A DNA stretch of 36,484 bases from an uncultured Candidatus Peribacteria bacterium. GTDB lineage: Bacteria; Patescibacteriota; Gracilibacteria; UBA1369; UBA12470. Position 1 is the stretch's first letter. The number at the start of each line of letters is the position of its first letter. The translations under genes and the position numbers were made by a program. Below are positions 27,691 through 36,484 of the stretch, piece after piece. The notes under the pieces are model-generated. The model was not told where the DNA came from. It saw nothing but the letters and a program-made list of their open reading frames with translations, and did no database searches. The stretch lies in contig CAZRWH010000004.1 in NCBI GenBank assembly GCA_964603905.1, positions 25,032-61,515 on the forward strand, read 5' to 3'.

Positions 27691-28245
27691 TTACGCTTTC
27701 CCAAGTGTGTCATCACCTTTCTTCCATCCTACAGGACAAAGATCCCCTGTTTGGAAAGCAGTGATAAGTCTTAGAAGCTCATCAACATTTCGTCCAACTC
27801 CAAGATCGTTTACCATGTAAGATTTCAAGATTCCGTTTGGATCAATCAAGAAAGCTCCACGCAAACTAATTCCTTCGTCCTCAAGAAGAACATTGTAATT
27901 GAAACTTGCATCTTTTGTGAGGTCACTTAGAAGCGGGTAGTTAAGATCTCCAAGATCTCCTTTGCACCAAGCTTCGTGAGAGTAGACGCTGTCTACGCTT
28001 ACACCAAGAACTTGAGTGTTAAGATCTTCGAACTCTTTGTGTCGTTTGCTGAGCTCAATTAGCTCTGTTGGGCAAACAAAAGTGAAGTCAAGTGGGTAGA
28101 AAAATAGAAGGGTCCATTTTCCTTTGAAGTCTTCGAGAGAGTATCGGCGTTTCTCGCCTTTGTAGTACCCCTCCATCTCGAAATCAGGGGCAGGTTGATT
28201 GATTTGTAGAGGTGCGCAGCACCCGAAATCATCGTCTTTGTACAT
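27691..28245 (-). CDS. ahpC: Typical 2-Cys peroxiredoxin
   Basis: FFYPLDFTFVCPTE, SVDS..SH..W, GRNVDE, resolving Cys in LCPVGW. Confidence 0.93.
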   Translation of the reverse strand: MYKDDDFGCCAPLQINQPAPDFEMEGYYKGEKRRYSLEDFKGKWTLLFFYPLDFTFVCPTELIELSKRHKEFEDLNTQVLGVSVDSVYSHEAWCKGDLGDLNYPLLSDLTKDASFNYNVLLEDEGISLRGAFLIDPNGILKSYMVNDLGVGRNVDELLRLITAFQTGDLCPVGWKKGDDTLGKA

Positions 28246-28326
28246 TTTTTTTGGGTTAAATTGTTAATTATTTATGAATTTTGTTTAAAGAAAACAAGCG
28301 GCCATAAAGGCTCAAAATTTCTCTCC

Positions 28327-28368
28327 TCTATAATCTGTAATCTGTCATCTGTGATCTGTCATCTGTGA
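28327..28368. repeat. Heptamer tandem array
   Basis: TCTATAA TCTGTAA TCTGTCA TCTGTGA TCTGTCA TCTGTGA, immediately after the SOR stop codon. Confidence 0.85.
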
Positions 28369-28369
28369 T

Positions 28370-28798
28370 CTAACTAGACTCCCAAACCCCATGCAGATTG
28401 CAGTAGGCAAGAGCATAAAGATCATCCGAATACTCAACTCCTTCAAAGAATGCAACAGGCTGATCTCCAGCTTTGAGTGTGATTTTTTTGATAGGAGAAG
28501 CTCCATTGTCTCCATAAAGTTCAACTGTTGTAATTGAGTGAGCATCTTCCATCGGATGAGGGATCGATCCAACTTTTACATTAACGCCACCGTCAGTAGC
28601 TTCAATAACGGGGACATGTTTCTCTTGCGCTTCACCACCAGTGAACTCTTCACCAAGATGATGGACAACTTCGAACTCATTTTTCCCAACTTTACAAAGT
28701 GGGCATTTGTAATCATCTGGCTGATCTTCGAATGAAGTTCCGTCGTTTTTTGCTGGGTCGTAGATCCAGGCGCAAACTTTACATCTATGTTTGTGCAT
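28370..28798 (-). CDS. Rubredoxin-superoxide reductase fusion
   Basis: Rubredoxin [14 protein letters not shown]; SOR active site [18 protein letters not shown]. Confidence 0.9.
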   Translation of the reverse strand: MHKHRCKVCAWIYDPAKNDGTSFEDQPDDYKCPLCKVGKNEFEVVHHLGEEFTGGEAQEKHVPVIEATDGGVNVKVGSIPHPMEDAHSITTVELYGDNGASPIKKITLKAGDQPVAFFEGVEYSDDLYALAYCNLHGVWESS

Positions 28799-28812
28799 AA
28801 TATTTTTTTTAT

Positions 28813-29217
28813 TTAAGATTTACAGTCTTTGCAAAAGCCTGGGATCTCAATGCGTTCTGTGTTGATTTGGAATCCAGAATCTTTGATTTGTTTTGAGCAA
28901 GGCATTTTGCATTCACAGTCAAATATATCTGTTACTTCTCCACATTCTTTGCAGATCAAATGAATATGCGGATTAGTATTACCGTCGTACCTAGTTTTTT
29001 TGTCTTTGGTTTGTAGCTTGATTATAAAATCGTTCGACGCTAAGAAGTCGAGATTTCTATAAACCGTAGCAAAACTAACATTTGGCATCCGTTTAATAAC
29101 CATTTTGTGGATCTCTTGTGCAGTCGGATGACATCCAACATTGCACAGTTCCTCAAGGATTACTTGCCTTTGTTTGGTTAAACGGTGGTTCGTATTTTTG
29201 ATATATTCTTGTAACAT
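28813..29217 (-). CDS. perR: Fur-family regulator, PerR-like
   Basis: [36 protein letters not shown]-terminal CKDC; heads the SOR/AhpC genes. Confidence 0.8.
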   Translation of the reverse strand: MLQEYIKNTNHRLTKQRQVILEELCNVGCHPTAQEIHKMVIKRMPNVSFATVYRNLDFLASNDFIIKLQTKDKKTRYDGNTNPHIHLICKECGEVTDIFDCECKMPCSKQIKDSGFQINTERIEIPGFCKDCKS

Positions 29218-29220
29218 AAC

Positions 29221-29252
29221 TTAATGATATTCATTATCATTAAGAAAGTCAA
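29221..29252 (-). promoter_or_regulatory. Fur/Per box overlapping a leaderless promoter of the regulator
   Basis: TTAATGATA-TTCAT-TATCATTAA perfect 9-bp inverted repeat; minus strand TTGACT-17nt-TATCAT-6nt-ATG. Confidence 0.78.
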
Positions 29253-29270
29253 AGGTTTTTTTGTTTTTTT

Positions 29271-29305
29271 TAGGCGCAAGGATAAAGGCGTAAGGCAAAA
29301 GTAGA
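29271..29305. repeat. Degenerate heptamer array
   Basis: TAGGCGC AAGGATA AAGGCGT AAGGCAA AAGTAGA. Confidence 0.5.
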
Positions 29306-29308
29306 TGA

Positions 29309-29509
29309 TTAGACTTTGTCCCTCGGATGGCCATTGTGATCGTAATCTCGCATAGGGAAAACTCCATTAGTAGGTTTGCCTTTGCTCGACCTCCTTAATA
29401 TTTTCATGACATCCGATATTTCAGGGTCAATCGATTCATCTTCTTTAGGACGAACATCTTCAGAATCATTGCCATCATCATGGCACACTTCTAGTTTATT
29501 TATGGTCAT
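29309..29509 (-). CDS. Small hypothetical protein
   Basis: ATG at 29509 (MTINKLEV...) downstream of mutL; no family recognised. Confidence 0.4.
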   Translation of the reverse strand: MTINKLEVCHDDGNDSEDVRPKEDESIDPEISDVMKILRRSSKGKPTNGVFPMRDYDHNGHPRDKV

Positions 29510-29552
29510 TCTCAAACAGTTAATTTATAAACAGAAAAATTATATCACTTCA

Positions 29553-31289
29553 CTAAAAATTCTTCCTCTTAAAACCCTTTTCAAGGTCATCATAAGTCAT
29601 CCTAATCATACTTGGGCGACCATGTGGACAAGTTTCGCATCGATCAATTTTTGTAAGTTGATCAAGCAAAGCCTGCATTTCTACAAGAGACAACTTTTGT
29701 CCAAATTTAATAGCACTTCTACAAGCTGCATAGTGCAGAAGATGTTCGCGTTTGTCCTGTAAAGAGTGAGTTCGGCCATCATTCATAATGTCATCAACCA
29801 TGCCGCGAAGTAGCTCTCCAGGGTCTTTTTTTGCCATGTCAGCAGGGACAGAAGTAACAATAAAGGTATTGCCGCCAAACTCCTCAATTCCAAATCCAAT
29901 CTCAGAAAGAGCCGAAACGTTTTCGCGCAAAGCGTCAGCTTCTGAAGCAGAGAAGTCCACGCTTTGTGGAGCCAAAACAGGTTGAGAAACAACCTGAGCC
30001 TCACGAAGTGCGGCCATAAGTTTTTCATACATTACGCGTTCATGAGCAGCATGTTGGTCAATAATTACAAGCCCCTCTTGGTCCTCGGCCAAAATATAAG
30101 AATTTCCAATTTGAGCGACAGCTCTTAGATTTGGCACTTCCTCCTCAATACGACCTGCTTGCGCAATTTTGAAGCTTTCTTCTCGGTTAACATTTTCGAT
30201 GTGTTGCTTGATACCACGTGGTTCTCGCAGATCCATTTGGATTGGTGTGGCGCTAGTCGTTTGAGGTACGAAATCTCGATCCACGGTCATTTTCGGCATG
30301 AGCATGTGTTTGTCGAGAGCCGCTTTTGTGCTTTTTAATACAGTTTTATAAACCTCGTTTTGATTCAAAAATCTAACCTCCAATTTTCGCGGATGTACAT
30401 TTACATCAACCTCGGATTCAGGGAGGTTAATCTTAAGAAAAAACCAAGGATGTTTCCCGTGCATCAACATAGAATGAAACCCTTCCTTTACGGCATGTGC
30501 CAGAAGGTGGTTTTTTATCATACGTCCATTCAAAGAGATGAATTGCCCTTTCCTATTAGATTTAGAAATGATTGGCTTGCCAACAAAACCTGTGATTTGT
30601 AATGAAGATGCACAGTAGTAAATTGGAACCAAATTCTCAGCAACCTCAGAGCCAAAAAGAGCCTCAATTCGTTCCTCAAGTGTGCTTGCTGCAACATCCA
30701 AAACTATCTTGCCGTCACTAACAAGACGAAAAGAGATTTGCGGATTAGTTAATGAAAACTCCTGCAATAGCTCGGTTATATATTTGTGCTCAGTATTTTG
30801 AGTTTTCATATATTTGCGTCGAGCAGGAGTGTTATAGAAAAGATTAAAAACAGAAATCTTGGTGCCTTCAGGACAACCGTGCGCTCTATTTTCAACAATT
30901 TGTCCGTCATCAATCTTAAGGAAAAGACCTTCAACTTCGTCTCGAGCTTTTGTCTCCATTTCACATTTGGCAACAGAGGCAATTGAAGCGAGAGCCTCTC
31001 CACGAAAACCAAGACTTGATATCCGGAAAAGATCCTCAGCAGAAGAAATCTTGCTTGTTGCATGCCTTTCCCACGCCATTTTGGCATCATCTTCGCGCAG
31101 ACCAAATCCGTTGTCAGTAATAATAATAGCTTCAAGTCCACCCGCAACAATTTCACAAGTAACTGAAGTTGAGCCAGCATCAATCGAATTTTCTATCAAT
31201 TCTTTAACAACAGATGACGGCCTCTCGATGACCTCTCCAGCCGCTATCTTGTTGATTAAGTCGGGTGATAATTGCTTTATTTGAGCCAT
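29553..31289 (-). CDS. mutL: DNA mismatch repair endonuclease MutL
   Basis: IAAGEVIERP, ELIENSIDAG, HATSKI, GFRGEALASI, DVNVHP, DQHAAHER, ACR, CPHGRP. Start taken at MAQIKQL (31289). Confidence 0.96.
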   Translation of the reverse strand: MAQIKQLSPDLINKIAAGEVIERPSSVVKELIENSIDAGSTSVTCEIVAGGLEAIIITDNGFGLREDDAKMAWERHATSKISSAEDLFRISSLGFRGEALASIASVAKCEMETKARDEVEGLFLKIDDGQIVENRAHGCPEGTKISVFNLFYNTPARRKYMKTQNTEHKYITELLQEFSLTNPQISFRLVSDGKIVLDVAASTLEERIEALFGSEVAENLVPIYYCASSLQITGFVGKPIISKSNRKGQFISLNGRMIKNHLLAHAVKEGFHSMLMHGKHPWFFLKINLPESEVDVNVHPRKLEVRFLNQNEVYKTVLKSTKAALDKHMLMPKMTVDRDFVPQTTSATPIQMDLREPRGIKQHIENVNREESFKIAQAGRIEEEVPNLRAVAQIGNSYILAEDQEGLVIIDQHAAHERVMYEKLMAALREAQVVSQPVLAPQSVDFSASEADALRENVSALSEIGFGIEEFGGNTFIVTSVPADMAKKDPGELLRGMVDDIMNDGRTHSLQDKREHLLHYAACRSAIKFGQKLSLVEMQALLDQLTKIDRCETCPHGRPSMIRMTYDDLEKGFKRKNF

Positions 31290-31352
31290 TTGTAGGAAAT
31301 TAATGTGGACTTCATTGTGCAAATTTAAAAGGCGGTTGCATACTAATTGGAA

Positions 31353-31380
31353 TTGACAAAACGCCTAAAATCCGTAAAAT
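31353..31380 (+). promoter_or_regulatory. Putative sigma70 promoter
   Basis: TTGACA-16nt-TAAAAT upstream of the LysM/M23 gene. Confidence 0.6.
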
Positions 31381-31430
31381 AACCAACTTAAGTGGTAGAA
31401 TACCGCAAGCGAAAAAGAGACCTCCATTGC

Positions 31431-31458
31431 CACTTACTTCTCACTACTCATTACTCAC
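31431..31458. repeat. Heptamer array in the leader of the LysM/M23 gene
   Basis: CACTTAC TTCTCAC TACTCAT TACTCAC. Confidence 0.55.
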
Positions 31459-31464
31459 TGATAA

Positions 31465-32682
31465 ATGTCACAAGTAAACGAAGAAGCACGAAAAGCCAGA
31501 CATAAAAAATTCTTTTCAATATACGCCTCAAAACCAACAACAGGTCGTCTAAAGCATGGTCTGTCTAAGGTTAGAAGGTCGCTAAACGCATACTCTCCGG
31601 CAAAAGCTGGATCTTCTGCGTTTGAAGCACCAACATCTCGTATCCACACACCACAAAAATTCGCCAAGAACATGATTATGCTTACATTGGCGTTTTTCTT
31701 AATAACATCTTTTGATATTGGACGTGCGGCAATCGATGCAGGAGAGGGTTGGCAAGTACAGTTCGAAGCAGGGGATACTCTGGCAATAAGCGCTGACGTA
31801 AGTATGCTGGCAGATCAAGAAGGATATTTATTGAAATCGATGCCTCTTACAGGTGAGGCAACTTACAGCACAAACAGAAAAGATGACGTTTTCTACATGG
31901 TTCAAAGTGGAGATTCTCTATCGCTCATCGCGTATAGATTTGGACTCAGTCAAAACACGATCATGGCAGCGAACGAAATGAAAAATGCCAATTACCTAAA
32001 AGTAGGAAAAGAGCTAAAAGTACCACCAAAAGACGGAGCATACGTTGAAGTAGATAGCGGCGATACGCTGACAGAGCTGGTAGACGAATACAAAGGAGAC
32101 TTAGCTCTTACACAAGAGCTTAACGAAATCGCAGATGCAGGAGCTATCGTCGATGGAGAAGAGATTTTTATCGTTGGAGACGACGTTGCAGCAGAGTACT
32201 TGTCATCAATTGCACCGGTATATGTAGGATCAAGTTATTCATACACAGGAGGGTCCGATGTAGGAACCTCTTATATAAATACTCAAGTTGATACAACTTA
32301 CGCTTCAGCAGATTTTGTATATCCAACACAAGGAGCTCTAACACAAGGATATTATGCAGGTCATTACGCATACGATGTTGCAGATAGAAGCAAGCCAGCA
32401 ATTGTCTCAGTATCTAGCGGGGTTGTAACAACAGCAAAATATGGATGGAACGGAGGATACGGTAATTACATAATTGTTGACCACCAAAACGGATACAAAT
32501 CATTGTATGCTCACAACGAAGAAATTTACGTTTCAGCAGGAGAATATGTCTCTACAGGACAGGTTATCGGTAAGATGGGTAACTCAGGACGTGTTTATGG
32601 AGCTACAGGTATTCACCTTCACTTCGAAATCAGTTACAACGGGTATAAATTCCCTGGTTGTGACGTAGGTATTTGTTACTAG
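31465..32682 (+). CDS. LysM-domain M23 peptidoglycan endopeptidase
   Basis: TM, LysM (YMVQSGDSLSLIAYRFG..LKVGKELKVP), second degenerate LysM, HYAYD, YAH, TGIHLHFEI. Confidence 0.9.
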   Translation: MSQVNEEARKARHKKFFSIYASKPTTGRLKHGLSKVRRSLNAYSPAKAGSSAFEAPTSRIHTPQKFAKNMIMLTLAFFLITSFDIGRAAIDAGEGWQVQFEAGDTLAISADVSMLADQEGYLLKSMPLTGEATYSTNRKDDVFYMVQSGDSLSLIAYRFGLSQNTIMAANEMKNANYLKVGKELKVPPKDGAYVEVDSGDTLTELVDEYKGDLALTQELNEIADAGAIVDGEEIFIVGDDVAAEYLSSIAPVYVGSSYSYTGGSDVGTSYINTQVDTTYASADFVYPTQGALTQGYYAGHYAYDVADRSKPAIVSVSSGVVTTAKYGWNGGYGNYIIVDHQNGYKSLYAHNEEIYVSAGEYVSTGQVIGKMGNSGRVYGATGIHLHFEISYNGYKFPGCDVGICY

Positions 32683-32695
32683 TTTTAATCTGGAA

Positions 32696-33211
32696 ATGAC
32701 GCTCGAAAGATGCAAAAACTGCGAGGGGGGAACTCGATGTGTTTTGTTAGAAACATTTTTTGATTCTGGAAAAGACATCTCAAGACTAGACGAGATAATA
32801 GAATTTGGAGTTGGTCCTCATATAAATATTTCAGACTTGTCTATAAATGAGTCAAAATGGAGCATTGACGAGGAGATTAGAGATAAATGGAATTCAATCA
32901 CCCCAGAGGTGAGAAGAAGATTGGTCCGGTCGATGAGAAGACGAAGATTTTCCGCGTGGGAAAGTCTTCAAGAAGCAATAGAATCAGAAGATCCTCTTTC
33001 GGTGCTGTTTACCGATAGTGAAATAGATGCACTTTACATCGCATTTCACAGCGGCGGGAGATGTCACGTCGATTGTCGAGGGATAATAGTAGGAAACGAT
33101 TTGAGACCGAGGCTACAGGAGAAATGGAATAGCTTGCCAACAGATCTGAGGATGGGAATGCTAAGGTCTATCCGAACACCAAAAATGGCTCCATGGAAGC
33201 CAAGAACGTAA
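32696..33211 (+). CDS. Hypothetical protein with internal repeat
   Basis: IRDKWNSITPEVRRRLVRSMR versus LQEKWNSLPTDLRMGMLRSIR. Confidence 0.7.
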   Translation: MTLERCKNCEGGTRCVLLETFFDSGKDISRLDEIIEFGVGPHINISDLSINESKWSIDEEIRDKWNSITPEVRRRLVRSMRRRRFSAWESLQEAIESEDPLSVLFTDSEIDALYIAFHSGGRCHVDCRGIIVGNDLRPRLQEKWNSLPTDLRMGMLRSIRTPKMAPWKPRT

Positions 33212-33274
33212 AAACGTCTTTCGCGTAGATTGTTTTTCCACTACAATACCCCCGGTCTAACCTCCAAAGCCTAA

Positions 33275-33529
33275 ATGTGGCGTAAAATACTACACCTACC
33301 TCGCAATTTTGCCGTGACACTAATCAGTGTGTATCAGCATACGCTGTCACCTGACCACGGTCCTCTTAAACATGTTTTTAAAGGTGGGTTTTGTCGCTAT
33401 ACACCCAGTTGTTCCGACTATACAAAAATGTCTTTGAAAAAGGACGGCTTGATAAAAGGCGGCATCAAAGGTGCTTGGCGCATTTTGCGTTGCAACCCAT
33501 GGAGCAAAGGCGGGCTGGATTTACCTTAA
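33275..33529 (+). CDS. yidD: Membrane protein insertion efficiency factor YidD
   Basis: YQHTLSP, CRYTPSCSDY, RILRCNPWSKGGLD. Confidence 0.93.
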   Translation: MWRKILHLPRNFAVTLISVYQHTLSPDHGPLKHVFKGGFCRYTPSCSDYTKMSLKKDGLIKGGIKGAWRILRCNPWSKGGLDLP

Positions 33530-33531
33530 AT

Positions 33532-33590
33532 AGCCTGCCCGCAGGGCTCCAATACTACAACCACCACTACAACTACTAACTACTTAAACT
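33532..33590 (+). repeat. Degenerate leader element, copy C (hairpin + CCAATACTAC + G-free ACT/AAC tract)
   Basis: AGCCTGC-CC-GCAGGGCT then ccaatactacaaccaccactacaactactaactacttaaact-ATG of purH. Confidence 0.55.
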
Positions 33591-35186
33591 ATGAACCCCG
33601 AAAGTACCGAAGGAATTCTACCAATAAAAAGAGCACTCATCTCAGTTTCCGATAAAACGGGAATCGTCGAACTAGCCCAAGCTTTACAAGAGCACGGGAC
33701 GGAAATACTGTCGACAGGCGGAACTGCAAAAGTACTTAAAGAGGCAGGAGTCGAAGTAAGAGAGGTTTCAGAATACGCAGGATCACCTGAAATCATGGAA
33801 GGCCGCGTAAAAACTTTACACCCAAAAATTCACGGAGGACTACTTGCAGTACGGGAGTCAAAAGAGCACATGCAACAAGCAGAAGAGAACGGCATCGGTA
33901 TGATCGATATGGTTGTGATTAACCTTTATCCTTTTCAAAAAACAATAGCGCAGGAAGGAGTTACAGAAGAAGAGGCGATCGAGCAAATAGATATCGGAGG
34001 GCCATCAATGCTTAGAAGCGCAGCAAAAAATTTCAAATATGTTGCGTCAGTCACAGCAATCAAAGATTACCCAATGATAATCGACTCCATCAAAACACAC
34101 GGTGGAATCGGATTTGAAATGAGACGAACTTTGGCTTCAAAAGTTTTTGCAAAAACTTCTTACTACGACCAAAAAATCGCAGAGTACATGAAGAGCAAAG
34201 GCGGAGAAGTGGAACTTCTAGACCTACATTACGAAAAAGTACAAAAGCTTCGATACGGAGAAAACCCTCACCAAAAAGCGGCTTTCTTCCGAGACCCACA
34301 CAATCACTACCCAAACGTAACAAACGCCAAGAAACTTCAGGGAAAAGAGCTGTCTTTTAACAATATAGTTGATGCAGACGGAGCTCTTGAGCTGGTAAAA
34401 GATTTCGACCGCCCAACAGCTGCCGTAATCAAACACACAAACCCTTGTGGAGTTGCATCTGCCGATACTATGACAACAGCACTAATTAAGGCTCACCAGG
34501 TTGATCCGATGTCAGCATTTGGATGTGTAATTGCAATGAACCGTGAATGTACAAAAGAGATTGCTCAATACGTAAAAGAGAATAAACTTTTTGTTGAGAT
34601 GATTATTGCGCCTGCGTTCGCAGCTGAAGCGCTTGAAATTTTCTCAAAAAGAAAGAACCTTCGACTGCTAGAAACTGGAAAGCTAAGGCTAAATCCAATA
34701 CAGCGTTCTATCAAAACTGTCTCAGGAGGAATCCTAGTTCAAAATGCAGATCAATACGTGGTAACAGAAGAAGATCTCAAGACGGTCACAAAAAAAGCTC
34801 CAACAAGCGAAGAAATAAACGCGATGCTTTTCGCTCGAAACGTTGTAAAACACGTCAAATCAAATTCAGTTGTATTCGCAAAAGTTATAAAAGATGAAGA
34901 AACAGGCGAAATGGTTGAGGTAACAACCGGTATCGGTGCAGGACAAATGTCGAGGGTCGATGCGGTCCATATAGCAACTTACAAAGGCGGCGAAAACATC
35001 AAAGGATCGGTCATGGCTTCAGACGCATTCTTCCCATTCCCTGACGGGGTTGAAGAAGCAAGCAAGGCAGGTGTGACAGCAGTTATTCAACCTGGAGGAT
35101 CAATTCGTGATGAAGAGGTCTTCAAGAGGGCAGACGAGCTGGAGATTTCGATGGTCACTACTGGGATTAGAAGCTTTAAACATTGA
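33591..35186 (+). CDS. purH: Bifunctional AICAR transformylase/IMP cyclohydrolase
   Basis: RALISVSDKTG, STGGT, GRVKTLHPKIHGG, IDIGGPSM, LRYGENPHQ, KHTNPCG, GAGQMSRVD, ASDAFFPF. Confidence 0.97.
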   Translation: MNPESTEGILPIKRALISVSDKTGIVELAQALQEHGTEILSTGGTAKVLKEAGVEVREVSEYAGSPEIMEGRVKTLHPKIHGGLLAVRESKEHMQQAEENGIGMIDMVVINLYPFQKTIAQEGVTEEEAIEQIDIGGPSMLRSAAKNFKYVASVTAIKDYPMIIDSIKTHGGIGFEMRRTLASKVFAKTSYYDQKIAEYMKSKGGEVELLDLHYEKVQKLRYGENPHQKAAFFRDPHNHYPNVTNAKKLQGKELSFNNIVDADGALELVKDFDRPTAAVIKHTNPCGVASADTMTTALIKAHQVDPMSAFGCVIAMNRECTKEIAQYVKENKLFVEMIIAPAFAAEALEIFSKRKNLRLLETGKLRLNPIQRSIKTVSGGILVQNADQYVVTEEDLKTVTKKAPTSEEINAMLFARNVVKHVKSNSVVFAKVIKDEETGEMVEVTTGIGAGQMSRVDAVHIATYKGGENIKGSVMASDAFFPFPDGVEEASKAGVTAVIQPGGSIRDEEVFKRADELEISMVTTGIRSFKH

Positions 35187-35240
35187 CAACGGAACTCCCG
35201 TATAGTGAAATACATTTGAACACTTTAACCAAACACAAAA

Positions 35241-35708
35241 ATGAACATCAAAAAAATCGCAGTTATCACAGGAGCGATAGTTCTACTGGCAGGCTGTACC
35301 ATAACGATTCCTTATTTTGACATCGAGCTGAACCTTGGTGGGGAAAAGGCACCTGAAACAACAATGGATTACTTAGAACTGTTCCTAGCTGACGCAGACC
35401 CAAGTGCGGATGCTTCGGAATACAAAATTTTCGAAGAAATTTCTAGCCCGAATGGAACAGGAAAAGCTGTGGTGTTTGGATTGGATGCGGCAAAGTCAGC
35501 AAGCGAATGTTGCGAGAACCCAATCGGAATTTTTGTAATACTTGATGGAGAAGTTAGCGAGGAATACGAACTGCTAACAGGAGACGTAGCGAATCTATCT
35601 CTAGAAACTATTACCTGGGAGGACGACAACACAATTACTTACATGTCGGCAATAGTTAATGAGACAGGTGGGAAAGACGGACAAAGCATGGTATTGGAGC
35701 TAGAATAA
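35241..35708 (+). CDS. Acidic predicted lipoprotein
   Basis: MNIKKIAVITGAIVLLAG-C lipobox; acidic mature domain. Confidence 0.8.
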   Translation: MNIKKIAVITGAIVLLAGCTITIPYFDIELNLGGEKAPETTMDYLELFLADADPSADASEYKIFEEISSPNGTGKAVVFGLDAAKSASECCENPIGIFVILDGEVSEEYELLTGDVANLSLETITWEDDNTITYMSAIVNETGGKDGQSMVLELE

Positions 35709-35730
35709 AACCGAATTAAAATTACAGACA

Positions 35731-36483
35731 ATGACAATAATAGAATCCATAATACTTGGTGTGGTTCAAGGTATCACTGAATTTCTTCCGATCTCATCCT
35801 CTGGACACTTGGTTCTCAGTGAGTCACTGCTTGGACTTGAAGTAGAGGCGCTCAAGAGTTTTGATGTCGCTCTGCATGTGGGATCTTTACTGGCTATATT
35901 GTTTTACTTCCGGAAAACTATAGCCGAAATCTTGCTCAAAGATCATAAGTATATTGGTCTTCTGTTGGTGGGAACGATACCTGCAGTAATTGCAGGTTTT
36001 ACATTGGAGGATAAGATAGACGCACTGTTTCGTAGCATAACGGCGGTAGGTGTTGTGATGATTATTACGGCCATTTATTTTTTGATTGCAGAAAAATTTG
36101 CACCGAAGAAAGGAAAGCTAACAATAAAAAACGCAGTACTAATTGGAATTGCACAAATGTTTGCATTGATACCTGGTGTTTCGAGATCTGGATCAACGAT
36201 AGCAACAGGTGTGCTGACAGGTCTTGAGAGGACAAAAGCTGCAGAATTTTCATTCCTGCTTGGTTCAATAGCAATAACAGGGGCAGGGCTTTTGACAGCA
36301 TTAAAAGTTGAGGCTGGAACTTTGGATTTAACCACAATGTCGCTAGGATTTTTTGCGTCAATGATTGCAAGTTATTTTGCAATTAAATTCCTAATGAATT
36401 TTTTCAAAAAAAACACACTAAGGCCGTTTGCGTATTACTTGTTCGTGATAGGTGTAATTGCAATAATGGTAAGCTACGCGTAA
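35731..36483 (+). CDS. uppP: Undecaprenyl-diphosphatase
   Basis: QGITEFLPISSSGHL, ALIPGVSRSGSTI, AAEFSFLL. Confidence 0.96.
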   Translation: MTIIESIILGVVQGITEFLPISSSGHLVLSESLLGLEVEALKSFDVALHVGSLLAILFYFRKTIAEILLKDHKYIGLLLVGTIPAVIAGFTLEDKIDALFRSITAVGVVMIITAIYFLIAEKFAPKKGKLTIKNAVLIGIAQMFALIPGVSRSGSTIATGVLTGLERTKAAEFSFLLGSIAITGAGLLTALKVEAGTLDLTTMSLGFFASMIASYFAIKFLMNFFKKNTLRPFAYYLFVIGVIAIMVSYA

Positions 36484-36484
36484 A

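Noticed and set aside
31290-31322. N-terminal extension of MutL given in the ORF track
   Set aside because: MutL homology begins at MAQIKQL; the ATG at 31289 is the more plausible start.
33530-33590. ZMP/ZTP or purine riboswitch upstream of purH
   Set aside because: Only 61 nt, mostly a G-free tract that cannot form those aptamers.
35175-35186. Alternative genetic code (UGA=Gly, as in Gracilibacteria/Absconditabacteria)
   Set aside because: Long genes are intact under code 11, and purH ends at its conserved terminus (SFKH) on TGA.
35183-35206. Promoter TTGACA...TATAGT before the second lipoprotein
   Set aside because: Spacer is only 12 nt.

Overview
A 36.5-kb, gene-dense bacterial chromosomal segment read in the standard code. 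PurH ends at its conserved C-terminus on TGA, so TGA is a stop. The short AlaRS, DUF4012/DUF3352-like proteins, tandem bPH genes, lack of Shine-Dalgarno motifs and many orphan ORFs suggest a Patescibacteria/CPR genome, possibly Peregrinibacteria-like (inference). Housekeeping content: lspA, an ftsW-murG-GT4-bPH-bPH-lemA-miaB run, alaS, a CsoR-regulated copper operon, dcd, a PerR/rubredoxin-SOR/AhpC module, mutL, a LysM-M23 peptidase, yidD, purH and uppP. No rRNA, tRNA, CRISPR array or transposase was seen. Most notable: (1) a dispersed leader element (GTTT..AAAC hairpin + CCATGACTAC + G-poor ACT/AAC tract ending at a start codon) before ftsW and the DUF4012-like gene, with a degenerate copy before purH, two copies encoding 25-aa poly-Thr uORFs in the same frame offset; (2) a 1064-aa divergent RelA/SpoT homolog with a recognisable HD hydrolase, eroded synthetase, no zinc finger and a ~240-aa novel N-terminus; (3) several unrelated 7-bp-period arrays at gene junctions and one inside a glycosyltransferase; (4) an orphan cluster including a 677-aa protein that is a tandem duplication of a ~338-aa unit. 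All calls are by eye; no searches were run.
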